A DNA stretch of 64,000 nucleotides from an uncultured delta proteobacterium (GTDB lineage: Bacteria; Myxococcota_A; Polyangia; Palsa-1104): NCBI GenBank assembly GCA_963785725.1, contig CAWAWS010000005.1, positions 192,001 to 256,000 of the forward strand. Direction: 5' to 3'. The notes under the pieces are model-generated. The model was not told the DNA's origin, ran no database searches, and saw only the letters and a list, made by a program, of their open reading frames with translations. The number at the start of each line of letters is the position of its first letter. The stretch's first letter is position 1. Position numbers and translations under genes: made by a program. Of the stretch, positions 51,469 to 61,168 are shown piece by piece.

Positions 51469-53040
51469 CTATTTGCCGGCCGAGCCGAGCAGCGCGGCGC
51501 CGCCGATGGTCAAGAGCGCGCGAATGTCGTCGTCGTTGAACGTGAGCTGCGCGCCGAAGAAGTAGTCGCGCCCGGTCGAGACGCCGGCGCCGGGGCCGCG
51601 GCCGTTCAAGACGTCGTCGATGCCGCCGACGAGCCAGATGTGCCGATAGAACTCGAGCGCCGCCATGATCTTCAAGCGCGGGTAGATGTTCGTCGTGAAG
51701 TCGAAGAGGTCGAGGTTGAGCGACACCGAGCGAAACGACGCCCGCGTGACCGACAGCGGCAGATCGACGTCGGCGCCGATGCCGCCGGTCGACTCCTTGA
51801 TGCCGAAGCGGCCGGTCAAGATGACGCGACCGTCGAGCAGGAAGAAGCGCTTGGCGAGCTGAAAGCTGAAGCGGAAGCGATCGGTGGTCGTGATCGTGTT
51901 GGTGACCGTCGTCTGCGGCTTCGAGGGATCGTCGGTGGTGACGTAGCTCGTGCTGTTGCTCGAGTAGCCGCGCGGATCGTCGACGAGCTCGATGAGGAAG
52001 TACTTGTCGGGCCGCGACATCAGCTTGACCGAGACGTACGTCTTCAACGAGTTGGCGAGGACGTTGTACTCCGAGCGCAGGCCGATGAGCGTCTGCAAGC
52101 GCGTGATCGAACGGATGAATCCGCCCGCGTCCTCGGTGATCTGCTCGACGTTGTTGGCGATGGTGTCGTCGTTCAAGAGGCGGCCGACGGTGCCCTCGCC
52201 CGCTTTGACCTTGTCGGTCATCGTCGACATGTTCTCGAGCGTGTGGTTCAAGTTGTCGACGGCGGAGCCGATCTTGTCGAGATCCTGGCGCAGCTTGTCG
52301 CCGGTCGAGTTCATCTGCGTGTCGCCGTTGCCGACGAGCGCTTTGACGCTCTCGGTGATGTCGCGGATGTTCGACAGCGACTTCTTGATGTCCGCCGACG
52401 CCTGACCGGCGGTCATGCCTTTGACGTCGAGCGCGATCGAGTCGACGTGCTTCAACAGCTGCTCCGCCGCCGCCGAGTTCTTGTCGACGGCGCCTTGCAC
52501 GCTCTTGGCGATGTCCTGCAGCGGCCCTTGCGTCAGCTTGTGCACGTCCTGAAGGATCGAGCGCAAGACCGGCAAGGTCTCGTTCACCTGCACCAAGATA
52601 TCGCTCGTCGACACCGCTTCGACGACGTTGGGAATCTGATCCCCGTCGCGCAGGAGGTTGTTCTTCTTCATCAGCCCGGTGACCGGATCGGGCGACTCCG
52701 ACGTGCCGGGATCGATCTCGAGGTAGAACTCGCCCAGCAGCGACGCCGTCTTCTTGAAGACCGTGGCGTTGGACCAGATCTGCGTGTTGGGGATGACGCG
52801 GATCGTGATCTTGGCGAACGAGCCTTCCAAGCGGCGGTCGACGATCTCGCCGACGTTGAGGCCGGCGATCTGCACGCGCGACTTGTCGACGAGGCCGGTG
52901 GCGTCATGGAAGATGCACCAGACGCGATAGCCCTTGTTGCCGGAGATGCCTTTGGCGACGAAGCGAAAGCCGACGAAGCCCAAGATCGCGATCAACATCA
53001 CGGTGAGGCCGACCTTGATGGCCGCGGCGGTCGGCTTCAT
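51469..53040 (-). CDS. mlaD: MCE/MlaD family protein with coiled coil and beta-rich C-terminal domain
   Basis: DATGL..KSRVQIAGLNVGEI, SLLGEFYLEIDPG, GEGTVGRLLND. Confidence 0.9.
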   Translation of the reverse strand: MKPTAAAIKVGLTVMLIAILGFVGFRFVAKGISGNKGYRVWCIFHDATGLVDKSRVQIAGLNVGEIVDRRLEGSFAKITIRVIPNTQIWSNATVFKKTASLLGEFYLEIDPGTSESPDPVTGLMKKNNLLRDGDQIPNVVEAVSTSDILVQVNETLPVLRSILQDVHKLTQGPLQDIAKSVQGAVDKNSAAAEQLLKHVDSIALDVKGMTAGQASADIKKSLSNIRDITESVKALVGNGDTQMNSTGDKLRQDLDKIGSAVDNLNHTLENMSTMTDKVKAGEGTVGRLLNDDTIANNVEQITEDAGGFIRSITRLQTLIGLRSEYNVLANSLKTYVSVKLMSRPDKYFLIELVDDPRGYSSNSTSYVTTDDPSKPQTTVTNTITTTDRFRFSFQLAKRFFLLDGRVILTGRFGIKESTGGIGADVDLPLSVTRASFRSVSLNLDLFDFTTNIYPRLKIMAALEFYRHIWLVGGIDDVLNGRGPGAGVSTGRDYFFGAQLTFNDDDIRALLTIGGAALLGSAGK

Positions 53041-53885
53041 GAACGTCTCTTCTCCGCCGTCGTGTCTTCGTCGCTGTTGGAGTCGCTGACGGCGTCGTGG
53101 TCGTCGGAGTGGAACGTGACCGTGCCCGACATCTCGACGAACTCGCGCACGAAGGGCAATTTCGAGCGCTTGATCTCGTCGGGCGTGCCGGAGATGGCGA
53201 TCTTGCCGTCGTAGAGCATCGAGATGCGGTGGGCGATGCGAAACGTCGACGCCATGTCATGGCTGATGACGACGCTGGTGACGCCGGTTTCTTGGGAGAT
53301 GTCGCGGATCATGTCGTCGACATTCTTCGTCGCCACCGGGTCGAGACCCGTGGTCGGCTCATCGTATAACAGAATCTCCGGCTCCAAGACCAATGCCCGG
53401 GCGAGACCGACGCGTTTTCGCATGCCGCCGGACAGCTCGGCCGGATATTTGCTCTCGATGTTGCGCAGACCGAGCGACGTGAGCCGCTTCATGACGGCTT
53501 CATGAATCTCGCTCTTCGACAACTTCGAGTGCTCGACGAGCGGGAAGGCCACGTTCTCCTCCACCGTCAGCGAGTCGAAGAGCGCGGCGTACTGGAACAG
53601 CATGCCGAACTTGCGCCGCACGCGGTTGAGCTCGGCGTCATCGTCGATGGGCACGATGTCCTCGCCGTCGACGTAGATGCTGCCTTTGTCGGGTTTGAGC
53701 AGGCCCATCAAGTGCTTCATCATCACCGACTTGCCCTGGCCCGAGCCGCCGATGACGATGTTGATCTTGCCGCGCTCGATGTCGAGATCGACGCCGCGCA
53801 GGACCTTGTGCGCGCCGAACGCCTTCTCGAGCCCACGAATGCGTATCTGATATTCGTCCGACTTCTGCGCGGCGTCGTCGGCCAT
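53037..53885 (-). CDS. mlaF: MlaF/Mkl ABC ATPase
   Basis: GGSGQGKS, FQYAALFDS, ELSGGMRKRVGLARA, YDEPTTGLDP; start MADDAAQ. Confidence 0.93.
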   Translation of the reverse strand: MADDAAQKSDEYQIRIRGLEKAFGAHKVLRGVDLDIERGKINIVIGGSGQGKSVMMKHLMGLLKPDKGSIYVDGEDIVPIDDDAELNRVRRKFGMLFQYAALFDSLTVEENVAFPLVEHSKLSKSEIHEAVMKRLTSLGLRNIESKYPAELSGGMRKRVGLARALVLEPEILLYDEPTTGLDPVATKNVDDMIRDISQETGVTSVVISHDMASTFRIAHRISMLYDGKIAISGTPDEIKRSKLPFVREFVEMSGTVTFHSDDHDAVSDSNSDEDTTAEKRRS

Positions 53886-54739
53886 TACTTCTTCTGCAGA
53901 ACCAAGATGATGTCGGTGAGAAAGTAGTCGAGCACCAAGATGGTGACGAAGCTGCCGACGACGGCGCGGGTCGTGCCCATGCCGACGCCTTTGGCGCCGC
54001 CGGTGGCGTTGAACCCTTGCGCGCAGCTGATGAGCGTCAGCGCCGTGCCGAACACCGTCGCCTTCATCAGCCCTTGCACGATGTCTTTGCTGTCGACGAG
54101 CCACTTGGTGTTCTCGACGAAGACGCCGGGATCGACGTTCTCGAGGTAGACGGCGACGCCGTAGCCGCCGCACATGGCGACGACGACGAACAGCATCGAC
54201 AGGAGCGGCACCATCAGCGTTCCGGCGAGCACGCGCGGCGACACGAGATACTGCACGGGATTGACCGCCAGCGTCGACAGGGCGTCGATCTGCTCGGTGA
54301 TGCGCATGGAGCCGAGCTCGGTGGCCATGCCGGCGCCGGCGCGCGCGGCGACGACGATGGCGGTGAACACCGGCGACAGCTCGCGCGTGACGGCGATGCC
54401 GAGCGTGGCGCCGACGAAGCCTTCGGTGCCGAGGCTGCGCAGGGCCGACGTCAGCTGCAGCGCGAAGACCATGCCGACGAAGAGGCCGATCATGCAGACG
54501 ATGAGCAGCGACTGCACGCCGATGTAGTCCATCGCCTCGAGGATGATGCCGACGCGAAACGGCGGACGAAACAGCCAGCGGACAGCCTGACCGAACAGGA
54601 TCATGTGCGTGCCGACCTGCTCCACGATCATCGTCGGCGCCGCCCACAGCTTCTCGTTCAGCTCGACGACGCGCGCCCAGGCGCCGGTCGCTTTGACCGG
54701 TCCTTGCGACTCCTCGGGGCCTGCCATCATCGCTGCCAT
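53885..54739 (-). CDS. mlaE: MlaE ABC permease
   Basis: RELSPV, ELGSMRITEQIDAL, GGAKGVG..TTRAVV. Confidence 0.95.
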   Translation of the reverse strand: MAAMMAGPEESQGPVKATGAWARVVELNEKLWAAPTMIVEQVGTHMILFGQAVRWLFRPPFRVGIILEAMDYIGVQSLLIVCMIGLFVGMVFALQLTSALRSLGTEGFVGATLGIAVTRELSPVFTAIVVAARAGAGMATELGSMRITEQIDALSTLAVNPVQYLVSPRVLAGTLMVPLLSMLFVVVAMCGGYGVAVYLENVDPGVFVENTKWLVDSKDIVQGLMKATVFGTALTLISCAQGFNATGGAKGVGMGTTRAVVGSFVTILVLDYFLTDIILVLQKK

Positions 54740-54746
54740 GGTGTCT

Positions 54747-55952
54747 TTAGTACCGCTCTCCGACGTAGATTCTAGGCACGCGCTTGGAGATACCGGTGAA
54801 TATCTCCCACGGAATCGTCCCGCCCCAGCGCGCCAGCTCGTCGGCGCCGATGTGCTCGTCCCCTTGGCTGCCGAGCAAGACGACGTCGTCGCCGAGCTTG
54901 GCCGGCACGTCGGTGACGTCGACCATGATCATGTCCATCGTGATGGCGCCGGCGACGGGGCAGCGCTTGCCGGCGACGAGGACGTGCGCTTGGCCGGTCA
55001 AGCGCCGGCTGTAGCCGTCGGCGTAACCGATGGGCACGGTGGCGATGCGCGCCGGCGTCGTCGCCGTCCACAGCCCGCCGTAGCTGACGTGCTCGCCCGG
55101 CAAGACGTCGCGGATGGCGACGATGCGCGACTTGAGCGACAAGGCCGGACGCAAGCCGGGCAGCGCCACGACCGGCGCTGGGCTGTAGCCATAAAGTCCG
55201 AGGCCGGGACGCACGAGATCGTGACGCGCCGACGGGAAACGCGCGGTGCCGGCGGAGTTGGCGACGTGAGTCAACGCCGGCGCGAAGCCGGCCGCCAAGA
55301 CGCGCGCCCGCGCCGCTTCGAACGTGCGCAGCTGATCGTCGGTCGCGGTCACGTCATCGGCATCGGCGGACGCGAGGTGCGAGCACAGGCCGGTCAGCTC
55401 GACGGCGGGCGTAGCGGCAAGGTGCGCCAGCATGGCGTCGAGCCGCTCGGGCCGCACGCCCAAGCGCGACATGCCCGAGTCGATCTTCACGTGCACGCCG
55501 ACGCGGCCGGCGGCCATCTCGTCGGCGGCGCGGGCCAGCTTGTCGACGTCGTGCTCGTCGGAGATGACCGGCGTCAAGCGATAGGCGACCAAGTCGCGAT
55601 GGGCGTAGCCGTAGAAGCTGCCGAGAACGACGATGGGCGCCTCGATGCCGCCGCGCCGCAGTTCGACGCCCTCCTCGACGAGCGAGACGCCGAAGCCCCA
55701 CACTTTGCGCTCGAGCGCGCGGGCACAGGCGAGCGCGCCGTGGCCGTAGGCGTCCGCCTTGACGACGGCGAGAATGCCCACGCCCGGACCGACGACGGAT
55801 TGGAGCACGTCGACGTTCTTGCGCAGCGCCGCGAGGTCGACCTCGGCCACCGTCGGCCGGATGTCGGTGCGGATGTCGAATACCTGATAGATGCGGTGGA
55901 TAGTAGCCGTTTGTCGACGGGAAAGCCAAGAACGCGCATGCATTCGACGCAT
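54747..55952 (-). CDS. alr: Alanine racemase (start uncertain, probably near 55890)
   Basis: AVVKADAYGHGA, KIDSGMSRLG, HVANSA, VRPGLGLYG, VSYG, GYADG. Confidence 0.95.
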   Translation of the reverse strand: MRRMHARSWLSRRQTATIHRIYQVFDIRTDIRPTVAEVDLAALRKNVDVLQSVVGPGVGILAVVKADAYGHGALACARALERKVWGFGVSLVEEGVELRRGGIEAPIVVLGSFYGYAHRDLVAYRLTPVISDEHDVDKLARAADEMAAGRVGVHVKIDSGMSRLGVRPERLDAMLAHLAATPAVELTGLCSHLASADADDVTATDDQLRTFEAARARVLAAGFAPALTHVANSAGTARFPSARHDLVRPGLGLYGYSPAPVVALPGLRPALSLKSRIVAIRDVLPGEHVSYGGLWTATTPARIATVPIGYADGYSRRLTGQAHVLVAGKRCPVAGAITMDMIMVDVTDVPAKLGDDVVLLGSQGDEHIGADELARWGGTIPWEIFTGISKRVPRIYVGERY

Positions 55953-56070
55953 GGCGTCTGCGCTCGGCTGTCGAGCACCATGGCGTGGGCGCGCCGCCCC
56001 TACGCGCCAACGCGACGGCTGGGCTCGCGACGTCGGTGCGACGACGTCTTCCAGCGCGAGCGCAGAACGC

Positions 56071-56814
56071 CTACGCCTGCGCGGTCGTCGTCTGCGGGCG
56101 CTTGTCGAGCAGCGCGCGCGTCAGGATGAGCGCGCGACCACGCGGCACGATCAGCCCGCGCTTGATCATCGACGTGAACGTGCGCGAGATGGTCTCGCGG
56201 CACGAGCCGACCATGTTCGCCAGATCCTGCTGCGTCGGACGACGGCGCAACAGCAGGCCCGTGTCGGTCTGCTCGCCCTCTTCCTTGGCCAGCCGCTCGA
56301 GCGTGCGCGTCAAGCGCGACTCGACGTCATGCAGCGCCAGGTTGGCGATGGTCTCGTCGGCGCGACGCAGCCGGCGCGTCATCTCGGCGAGCAGGTTCAA
56401 CGCCGTCTGCGGGTTCGACTTCAAGTGCGCCACGAACGCTTCGCGGCTGAGCACGAGCAAGGTCGTGTCCTCGAGCGCCACGACGTTGGCCGCGCGCGGG
56501 CGATTGTCGAGCAGCGACATCTCGCCGAAGAAGTCGCCGGGCTTGAGCTCCGACAGCGTCAGCTCACGACCGTTCTCGCCGAACAGCGCCACCTTCACCT
56601 TGCCACCCGCCAGAACGAACAGCGAATCGCCCGGCTCGCCCTCGGCCACCACGATGGTCTCGGCCGGACGCGTGCGAACCTGAATCCGCCGCACGAGATC
56701 GTCGATCGCCTGCGGCGTGCAGCCGCGAAAAATCGCGGTCGCCGCGAGCAGATTGCGATACCGTTCCAGCTTCACCTCGTCGAGCACCATGGAGCGCTGA
56801 GCGTTGGGCATCAT
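56071..56814 (-). CDS. Crp/Fnr family regulator
   Basis: FFGEMSLL...RAANV cyclic-nucleotide pocket; TQQDLANMVGSCRETISR HTH; GGGAGG RBS before MMPNAQ. Confidence 0.93.
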   Translation of the reverse strand: MMPNAQRSMVLDEVKLERYRNLLAATAIFRGCTPQAIDDLVRRIQVRTRPAETIVVAEGEPGDSLFVLAGGKVKVALFGENGRELTLSELKPGDFFGEMSLLDNRPRAANVVALEDTTLLVLSREAFVAHLKSNPQTALNLLAEMTRRLRRADETIANLALHDVESRLTRTLERLAKEEGEQTDTGLLLRRRPTQQDLANMVGSCRETISRTFTSMIKRGLIVPRGRALILTRALLDKRPQTTTAQA

Positions 56815-56989
56815 GAGCGTTCCCTCCCTTGGCGAGACTGCTAAGCAATCGAAGTGCCAGCTTGCACAGCAGCCGATTCCGCGGTTTATGGCGAGCGGTC
56901 GGGCCAGTCGGAAATCGAGATTCGCGCCCATCTGTGATGGAGATCCTCGACAGCTTGCAATCGCCGGGCGGTCGAGTACGCTGCCGCCA

Positions 56990-57191
56990 ATGAAGCTGGT
57001 CGTGAACGGGAAACCCGTGGAATTGCCCGATGGAAGCACGGTTTCCGCGCTGCTCGGCCGGCTCGAAATCGACGGCGCGCGCGTCGCCATCGAGCGCAAC
57101 CAGGATGTCGTCCCGCGTCTCACTTGGGACGAGCGTTTCCTTGCGCGATGGCGACCAAATCGAGATCGTAACGTTCGTGGGCGGTGGCTGA
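56990..57191 (+). CDS. thiS: Sulfur carrier protein ThiS, frameshift at about 57145
   Basis: MKLVVNGK...VAIERNQDVVPR, then in a shifted frame DGDQIEIVTFVGGG*. Confidence 0.92.
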
Positions 57192-57223
57192 CGAAGCCAC
57201 GCGCCGGCGGCTAGAGGAGCCAC

Positions 57224-57997
57224 ATGGCTGAAGCACACGACCCGTTTTTGTTGTCCGGCAGGCAATGGCGCTCGCGGCTGATCGTCGGCACCGGCAAATA
57301 CAAGGATGACGACGAGACGCGCGCGGCCATCGCGGCGTCGGGCGCGGAGATCGTCACGGTCGCGCTGCGGCGCATCGAGCTCAAGCCGGGCCAGCCGTCG
57401 TTGCTCGACGCGCTCAAAGGCTACGCGCTCTTGCCGAACACGGCCGGCTGCTATACGGCCGAAGAAGCCGTGCGCACGGCTCGACTTGCGCGCGAGCTCG
57501 GCATGACCGAGTTCGTCAAGCTCGAGGTCATCGGCGACAAGCGGACGCTCTTTCCCGACGCCGAAGCGACGCTGGAGGCGGCGCGCATCCTGGTCAAGGA
57601 GGGCTTCATCGTGCTCCCGTATACCAACGATGATCCGGTCATGGCCAAGAAGCTCGAGGACGCGGGCTGCGCGGCGGTCATGCCGCTGGCGGCGCCGATC
57701 GGCTCGGGCCTCGGCATTCGCAACCCGTACAATTTGCGCATCATTCTCGAGACCGTGAAGGTGCCGGTCATCGTCGACGCCGGCGTGGGCACGGCCTCGG
57801 ACGCGGCGGTGGCGATGGAGCTCGGCTGCCACGGCGTCCTCATGAACACCGGCATCGCGGGCGCCAAGCAGCCGATTCTGATGGCGGAGGCGATGCGGCT
57901 CGGCGTGGAAGCCGGTCGCAAGGCGTTCCTGGCCGGGCGGATCGGGAAGAAGTTGCACGCCGCGGCCTCGTCGCCCGAGCACGGCTTGATTGAGTAG
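57224..57997 (+). CDS. thiG: Thiazole synthase
   Basis: [40 protein letters not shown]. Confidence 0.97.
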   Translation: MAEAHDPFLLSGRQWRSRLIVGTGKYKDDDETRAAIAASGAEIVTVALRRIELKPGQPSLLDALKGYALLPNTAGCYTAEEAVRTARLARELGMTEFVKLEVIGDKRTLFPDAEATLEAARILVKEGFIVLPYTNDDPVMAKKLEDAGCAAVMPLAAPIGSGLGIRNPYNLRIILETVKVPVIVDAGVGTASDAAVAMELGCHGVLMNTGIAGAKQPILMAEAMRLGVEAGRKAFLAGRIGKKLHAAASSPEHGLIE

Positions 57998-58607
57998 CCG
58001 CGCCGTCCACTTTCGCATCCTCCTCATCAGCGACGGCTTCGACGAGCAGACCCCGGCGCGCGTCGAGGCCGCGTTGAGCGCGCTGCCGGCCGGCGTGGCG
58101 GCGGTGCAGCTGCGCGCCAAAGCGTTGAGCGGACGCGCGCTCTATGACGCGGCTGTCGCGCTCGGACCCATGGTGCATGCGCGTGGCGGCCTGTTCCTCG
58201 TCAACGATCGCGTGGACGTCGCGCTGGCGGCGGGCGCCGATGGCGTGCACTTGCCGGCGCGCGGGCTGCCGCCGGAAGCGGCGCGCCGGCTGGTCGGCGA
58301 CGGGCTCTTCGTCGGCGTCTCGACGCACACGCCGTCCGAGGCGGCCGCCGCTTGTTATGCCGGCGCCGATTACGTGACGTTCGGGCCGGTGTTTCCGACG
58401 ACCGGCAAAGGCGCTCCGGTCGGGTTGGCGACGCTGGCCAACGTCACGAACGCCGTGCCGGTGCCGCTGTTCGCGCTCGGCGGCATCGACGCCACGCGGG
58501 CGGCGGCGGTCGTGGCGACGGGGGCCCGCGTCGCCTGCATCGGCGCCGTGCTCGGCCGGGACGACGCCGCAGCGGCCGCCCACGCGCTGTGGGCGGCGAT
58601 CGGTTGA
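57990..58607 (+). CDS. thiE: Thiamine-phosphate synthase
   Basis: [37 protein letters not shown]. Confidence 0.9.
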   Translation: MSSRAVHFRILLISDGFDEQTPARVEAALSALPAGVAAVQLRAKALSGRALYDAAVALGPMVHARGGLFLVNDRVDVALAAGADGVHLPARGLPPEAARRLVGDGLFVGVSTHTPSEAAAACYAGADYVTFGPVFPTTGKGAPVGLATLANVTNAVPVPLFALGGIDATRAAAVVATGARVACIGAVLGRDDAAAAAHALWAAIG

Positions 58608-58663
58608 GCGGCGGCTCGTGCCGATCACTTTTGTCGCGAAGCGGTTAGCATGATGAACGAGCC

Positions 58664-59272
58664 ATGGGCGCGCGCAGCGTAGTCCTCGTCAGCATCCTCG
58701 TCACGATCGTGATGGCGATGGGGCTCATGCTGTTCGTCGTCGACTTTCCGCGCACGGCCTCGGACGACATGCTGCCCAACCTGCGCAAGGGCGACCTCGT
58801 GCTCGCCTGCCGCGTGTGCGGGCGGCCGCAGCGCGGCGACGTCGTGCTCTTCACGGCGCCCGACGGCGGGCCGCTGACCATCCGCCGCGTCGTCGGCGTC
58901 CCCGGCGATCGCGTCGAGGTGCGCGCCGGGCAGACGCTGGTGAACGGCAAGCCGCTGCCTTCGGAGGCGCTCGGCAATCTGCGGCTCGCCGGCATCGATC
59001 CGGTGTCGACCGAGCCGCGCTCGTTCGCGGCGCGCATCGAGCACGGCGGCACGCACGACTACAAGGTCGTGCGCGATCATGGCGTGGCGCAGTCGGGCGA
59101 CCGCGCGGCCGTGACGCTCGAGGACGCCTACTTCGTGCTCGCCGATCGCCGGACGCTCGTGCGCGACAGCCGCGACTACGGCCCGGTGCGCCACGCCGCG
59201 ATGCGATCGATCGTCTTGCGCATCTTGCAGGCCGGCGACCACGACGGCGCGCGCACGACCCGCGTGCCCTAG
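58664..59272 (+). CDS. Signal peptidase I (S26) homologue with altered catalytic dyad
   Basis: TM anchor; SDDMLPNL..GD; RGDVVLF; IRRVVGVPGD; YFVLAD......DSRDYG. Confidence 0.82.
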   Translation: MGARSVVLVSILVTIVMAMGLMLFVVDFPRTASDDMLPNLRKGDLVLACRVCGRPQRGDVVLFTAPDGGPLTIRRVVGVPGDRVEVRAGQTLVNGKPLPSEALGNLRLAGIDPVSTEPRSFAARIEHGGTHDYKVVRDHGVAQSGDRAAVTLEDAYFVLADRRTLVRDSRDYGPVRHAAMRSIVLRILQAGDHDGARTTRVP

Positions 59273-60534
59273 CTCTCGCGGCGCGAGCGGGCGGCGCTCA
59301 TCGCCGTCAACGACGCGAGGGCCAGCGTGCCGAGCGGCGCCAGCGGCAGCTCCTCGGAGCCGGGCACGCGCAAGGCGTAGAACAGCGTCAACATCGCCAG
59401 GATCGTCGTCGGCACCTCGATGCGACCGCGGCGGCCGAGCCGCAGGCGCGTCACGAGCGTCTCTTGCGCCAGCGCCACGACCAGCGCCGCCGGCAGCAGG
59501 TTCACGAGCGCGTAGGAGTAGGTCACCGACGGCGCGCTCAACGGCGCCGCCAGCGCGCTGCCGGCGAACAGCGCCAGCCACAGCGTGCGCTCGCCCGCAT
59601 CGCGCGCGCGCCGCGCCGCCAGCCACGACACGACCGCGGCGACGAGCACGAGCCCGACGGCCGCTGCCGCCAGCGGCCGCGCCAGCGATGGCGTCGTCTG
59701 CTCGGTCAGGCTGCGGAAGCTGACGTTGTACCAAGCGGCGTGGAAGGCGCCGAGGCGCGCCCGCACCGTCGCCAGCCAACCGGGCACGAGCCGCGCGACC
59801 GGCGCCAACAACAGCGCCAGCGCCAGCGCGACGCCGCCGAGCGCGCGGCCGAGCTGCCGGCGATCGCGCGCCAAAGCCACGATGCCGAGCGGCAAGAGCA
59901 GCGGATAGGCTTTGACGAGCGTCGCCGCCGTCGCCAGGAAGGCCGCGCGGCCCAGCTTGTCGTCGAGGCACAGCGCGATGGCGCCCCAGCCGAGCAGCGC
60001 GACGACGGCGTCGGCCTGGCCGCGCTCGAGGCCGAGCAGCACGCCGCCGTGTAACAGCAGCGCCACGCCGCAAAAGAGCACGAGCACGGGACGCGTGGCG
60101 GACGGCAGCGCCGCGGCGCGACGTGCCAGACGCGCGGTGACGAACGCCAAGCCGATGATGGCCGCGAGGTGCACGAGCAGCCAGGCGCGGCCGGCGGCGC
60201 GGAAGTCGTCGCCGTAGATCAGCGCGAACGGCGCCAGCATGACGAGGTGCGTCGGCGGATAGAACTGGCTCGTGCGATGACCGTCGACGACGAGCTCGCG
60301 GTGCCACGGATCGCGCAGCGCCTCCGTCTCGTCGCGATAGGGATCGAGGCCGGCGAGGAGCATGCGCGCGCCTTGATAGGGCGCGATGAAGTCGGCCGCG
60401 CCCGGTCGCATGTAGAAGACGAGCTTGTCACCGACGGGATCGGCGAAGCGCGACAGATCGCCCCACAGCGCCAGCGCGACGACGACGGCCGCCGCGGCGA
60501 CGACGGCGCGCGACGGCCACGACGAAGGCTCCAC
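59269..60534 (-). CDS. GT87/DUF2029-like membrane glycosyltransferase (GT-C)
   Basis: ADF..PY.GA, FYPPT...L.PF, ERGQAD, VKAYP, multiple TM helices. Confidence 0.8.
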   Translation of the reverse strand: MEPSSWPSRAVVAAAAVVVALALWGDLSRFADPVGDKLVFYMRPGAADFIAPYQGARMLLAGLDPYRDETEALRDPWHRELVVDGHRTSQFYPPTHLVMLAPFALIYGDDFRAAGRAWLLVHLAAIIGLAFVTARLARRAAALPSATRPVLVLFCGVALLLHGGVLLGLERGQADAVVALLGWGAIALCLDDKLGRAAFLATAATLVKAYPLLLPLGIVALARDRRQLGRALGGVALALALLLAPVARLVPGWLATVRARLGAFHAAWYNVSFRSLTEQTTPSLARPLAAAAVGLVLVAAVVSWLAARRARDAGERTLWLALFAGSALAAPLSAPSVTYSYALVNLLPAALVVALAQETLVTRLRLGRRGRIEVPTTILAMLTLFYALRVPGSEELPLAPLGTLALASLTAMSAARSRRES

Positions 60535-60611
60535 GGCGCGAGGATATCACCCGCGGGCGGCAACGCGCGGCAACCGGCGGGCGAAAACGTCGCCGGCGGC
60601 GGCGTTCGCGG

Positions 60612-61160
60612 TCAGAGCAGGCGGACTTGGCCGTCTTCGTCGACGGGCAGGTCGTAGCGCAGCCGCGGCCCCTCGACGCGCAAGAACGGCGGCGGATGGT
60701 GCAGCTCGGACTTGTGCGGGCGAATGAGGTGCACGACTTCGTGGCGCAGCGTCCACAGCTTGTCGGACACGAGGCGGCGATGACACTGCGACCAATGGGT
60801 CTCGGCGCACATGAACGCCGTCGGCGCTGCGCTCGCCGTGGCCAAGAGCTCGGCCAGGCCGGCGGCGAACTCGGGCGAGTCCATATAGTCGGCGTAGTTG
60901 CGAAAGGCGTCGACTTTCCAGGCGGGATTGGGCGACGGATCGCGCGTCTTCTTGCGCCGGCCGCCGAGGCGCGGCTCCCAGTGATACGCGATGTTGGCGG
61001 CGGCGAGCGCGCGCGGCAGCTCGTCGCGGCCGAACTGCGGATGGCGGCGCGAGCCGGGAAAGCTGCGGATGTCGACGATGGTCTCGACCGCAGCGCCGGC
61101 GAGCGTGTCGCGGAGCTCGGCGAAGCTGCGGGCGCCGTGGCCGACGCTGAAGATGCGCAT
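60612..61160 (-). CDS. DUF488 family protein
   Basis: IFSVGHG, VDIRSFPGSRRHPQF, LGGRR, FRNYADYM, MCAE..WSQCHR. Confidence 0.9.
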   Translation of the reverse strand: MRIFSVGHGARSFAELRDTLAGAAVETIVDIRSFPGSRRHPQFGRDELPRALAAANIAYHWEPRLGGRRKKTRDPSPNPAWKVDAFRNYADYMDSPEFAAGLAELLATASAAPTAFMCAETHWSQCHRRLVSDKLWTLRHEVVHLIRPHKSELHHPPPFLRVEGPRLRYDLPVDEDGQVRLL

Positions 61161-61168
61161 GACGCCGA

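Noticed and set aside
56815..56989. TPP riboswitch upstream of thiS-thiG-thiE
   Set aside because: No CUGAGA or other TPP aptamer motifs, and thiS appears leaderless
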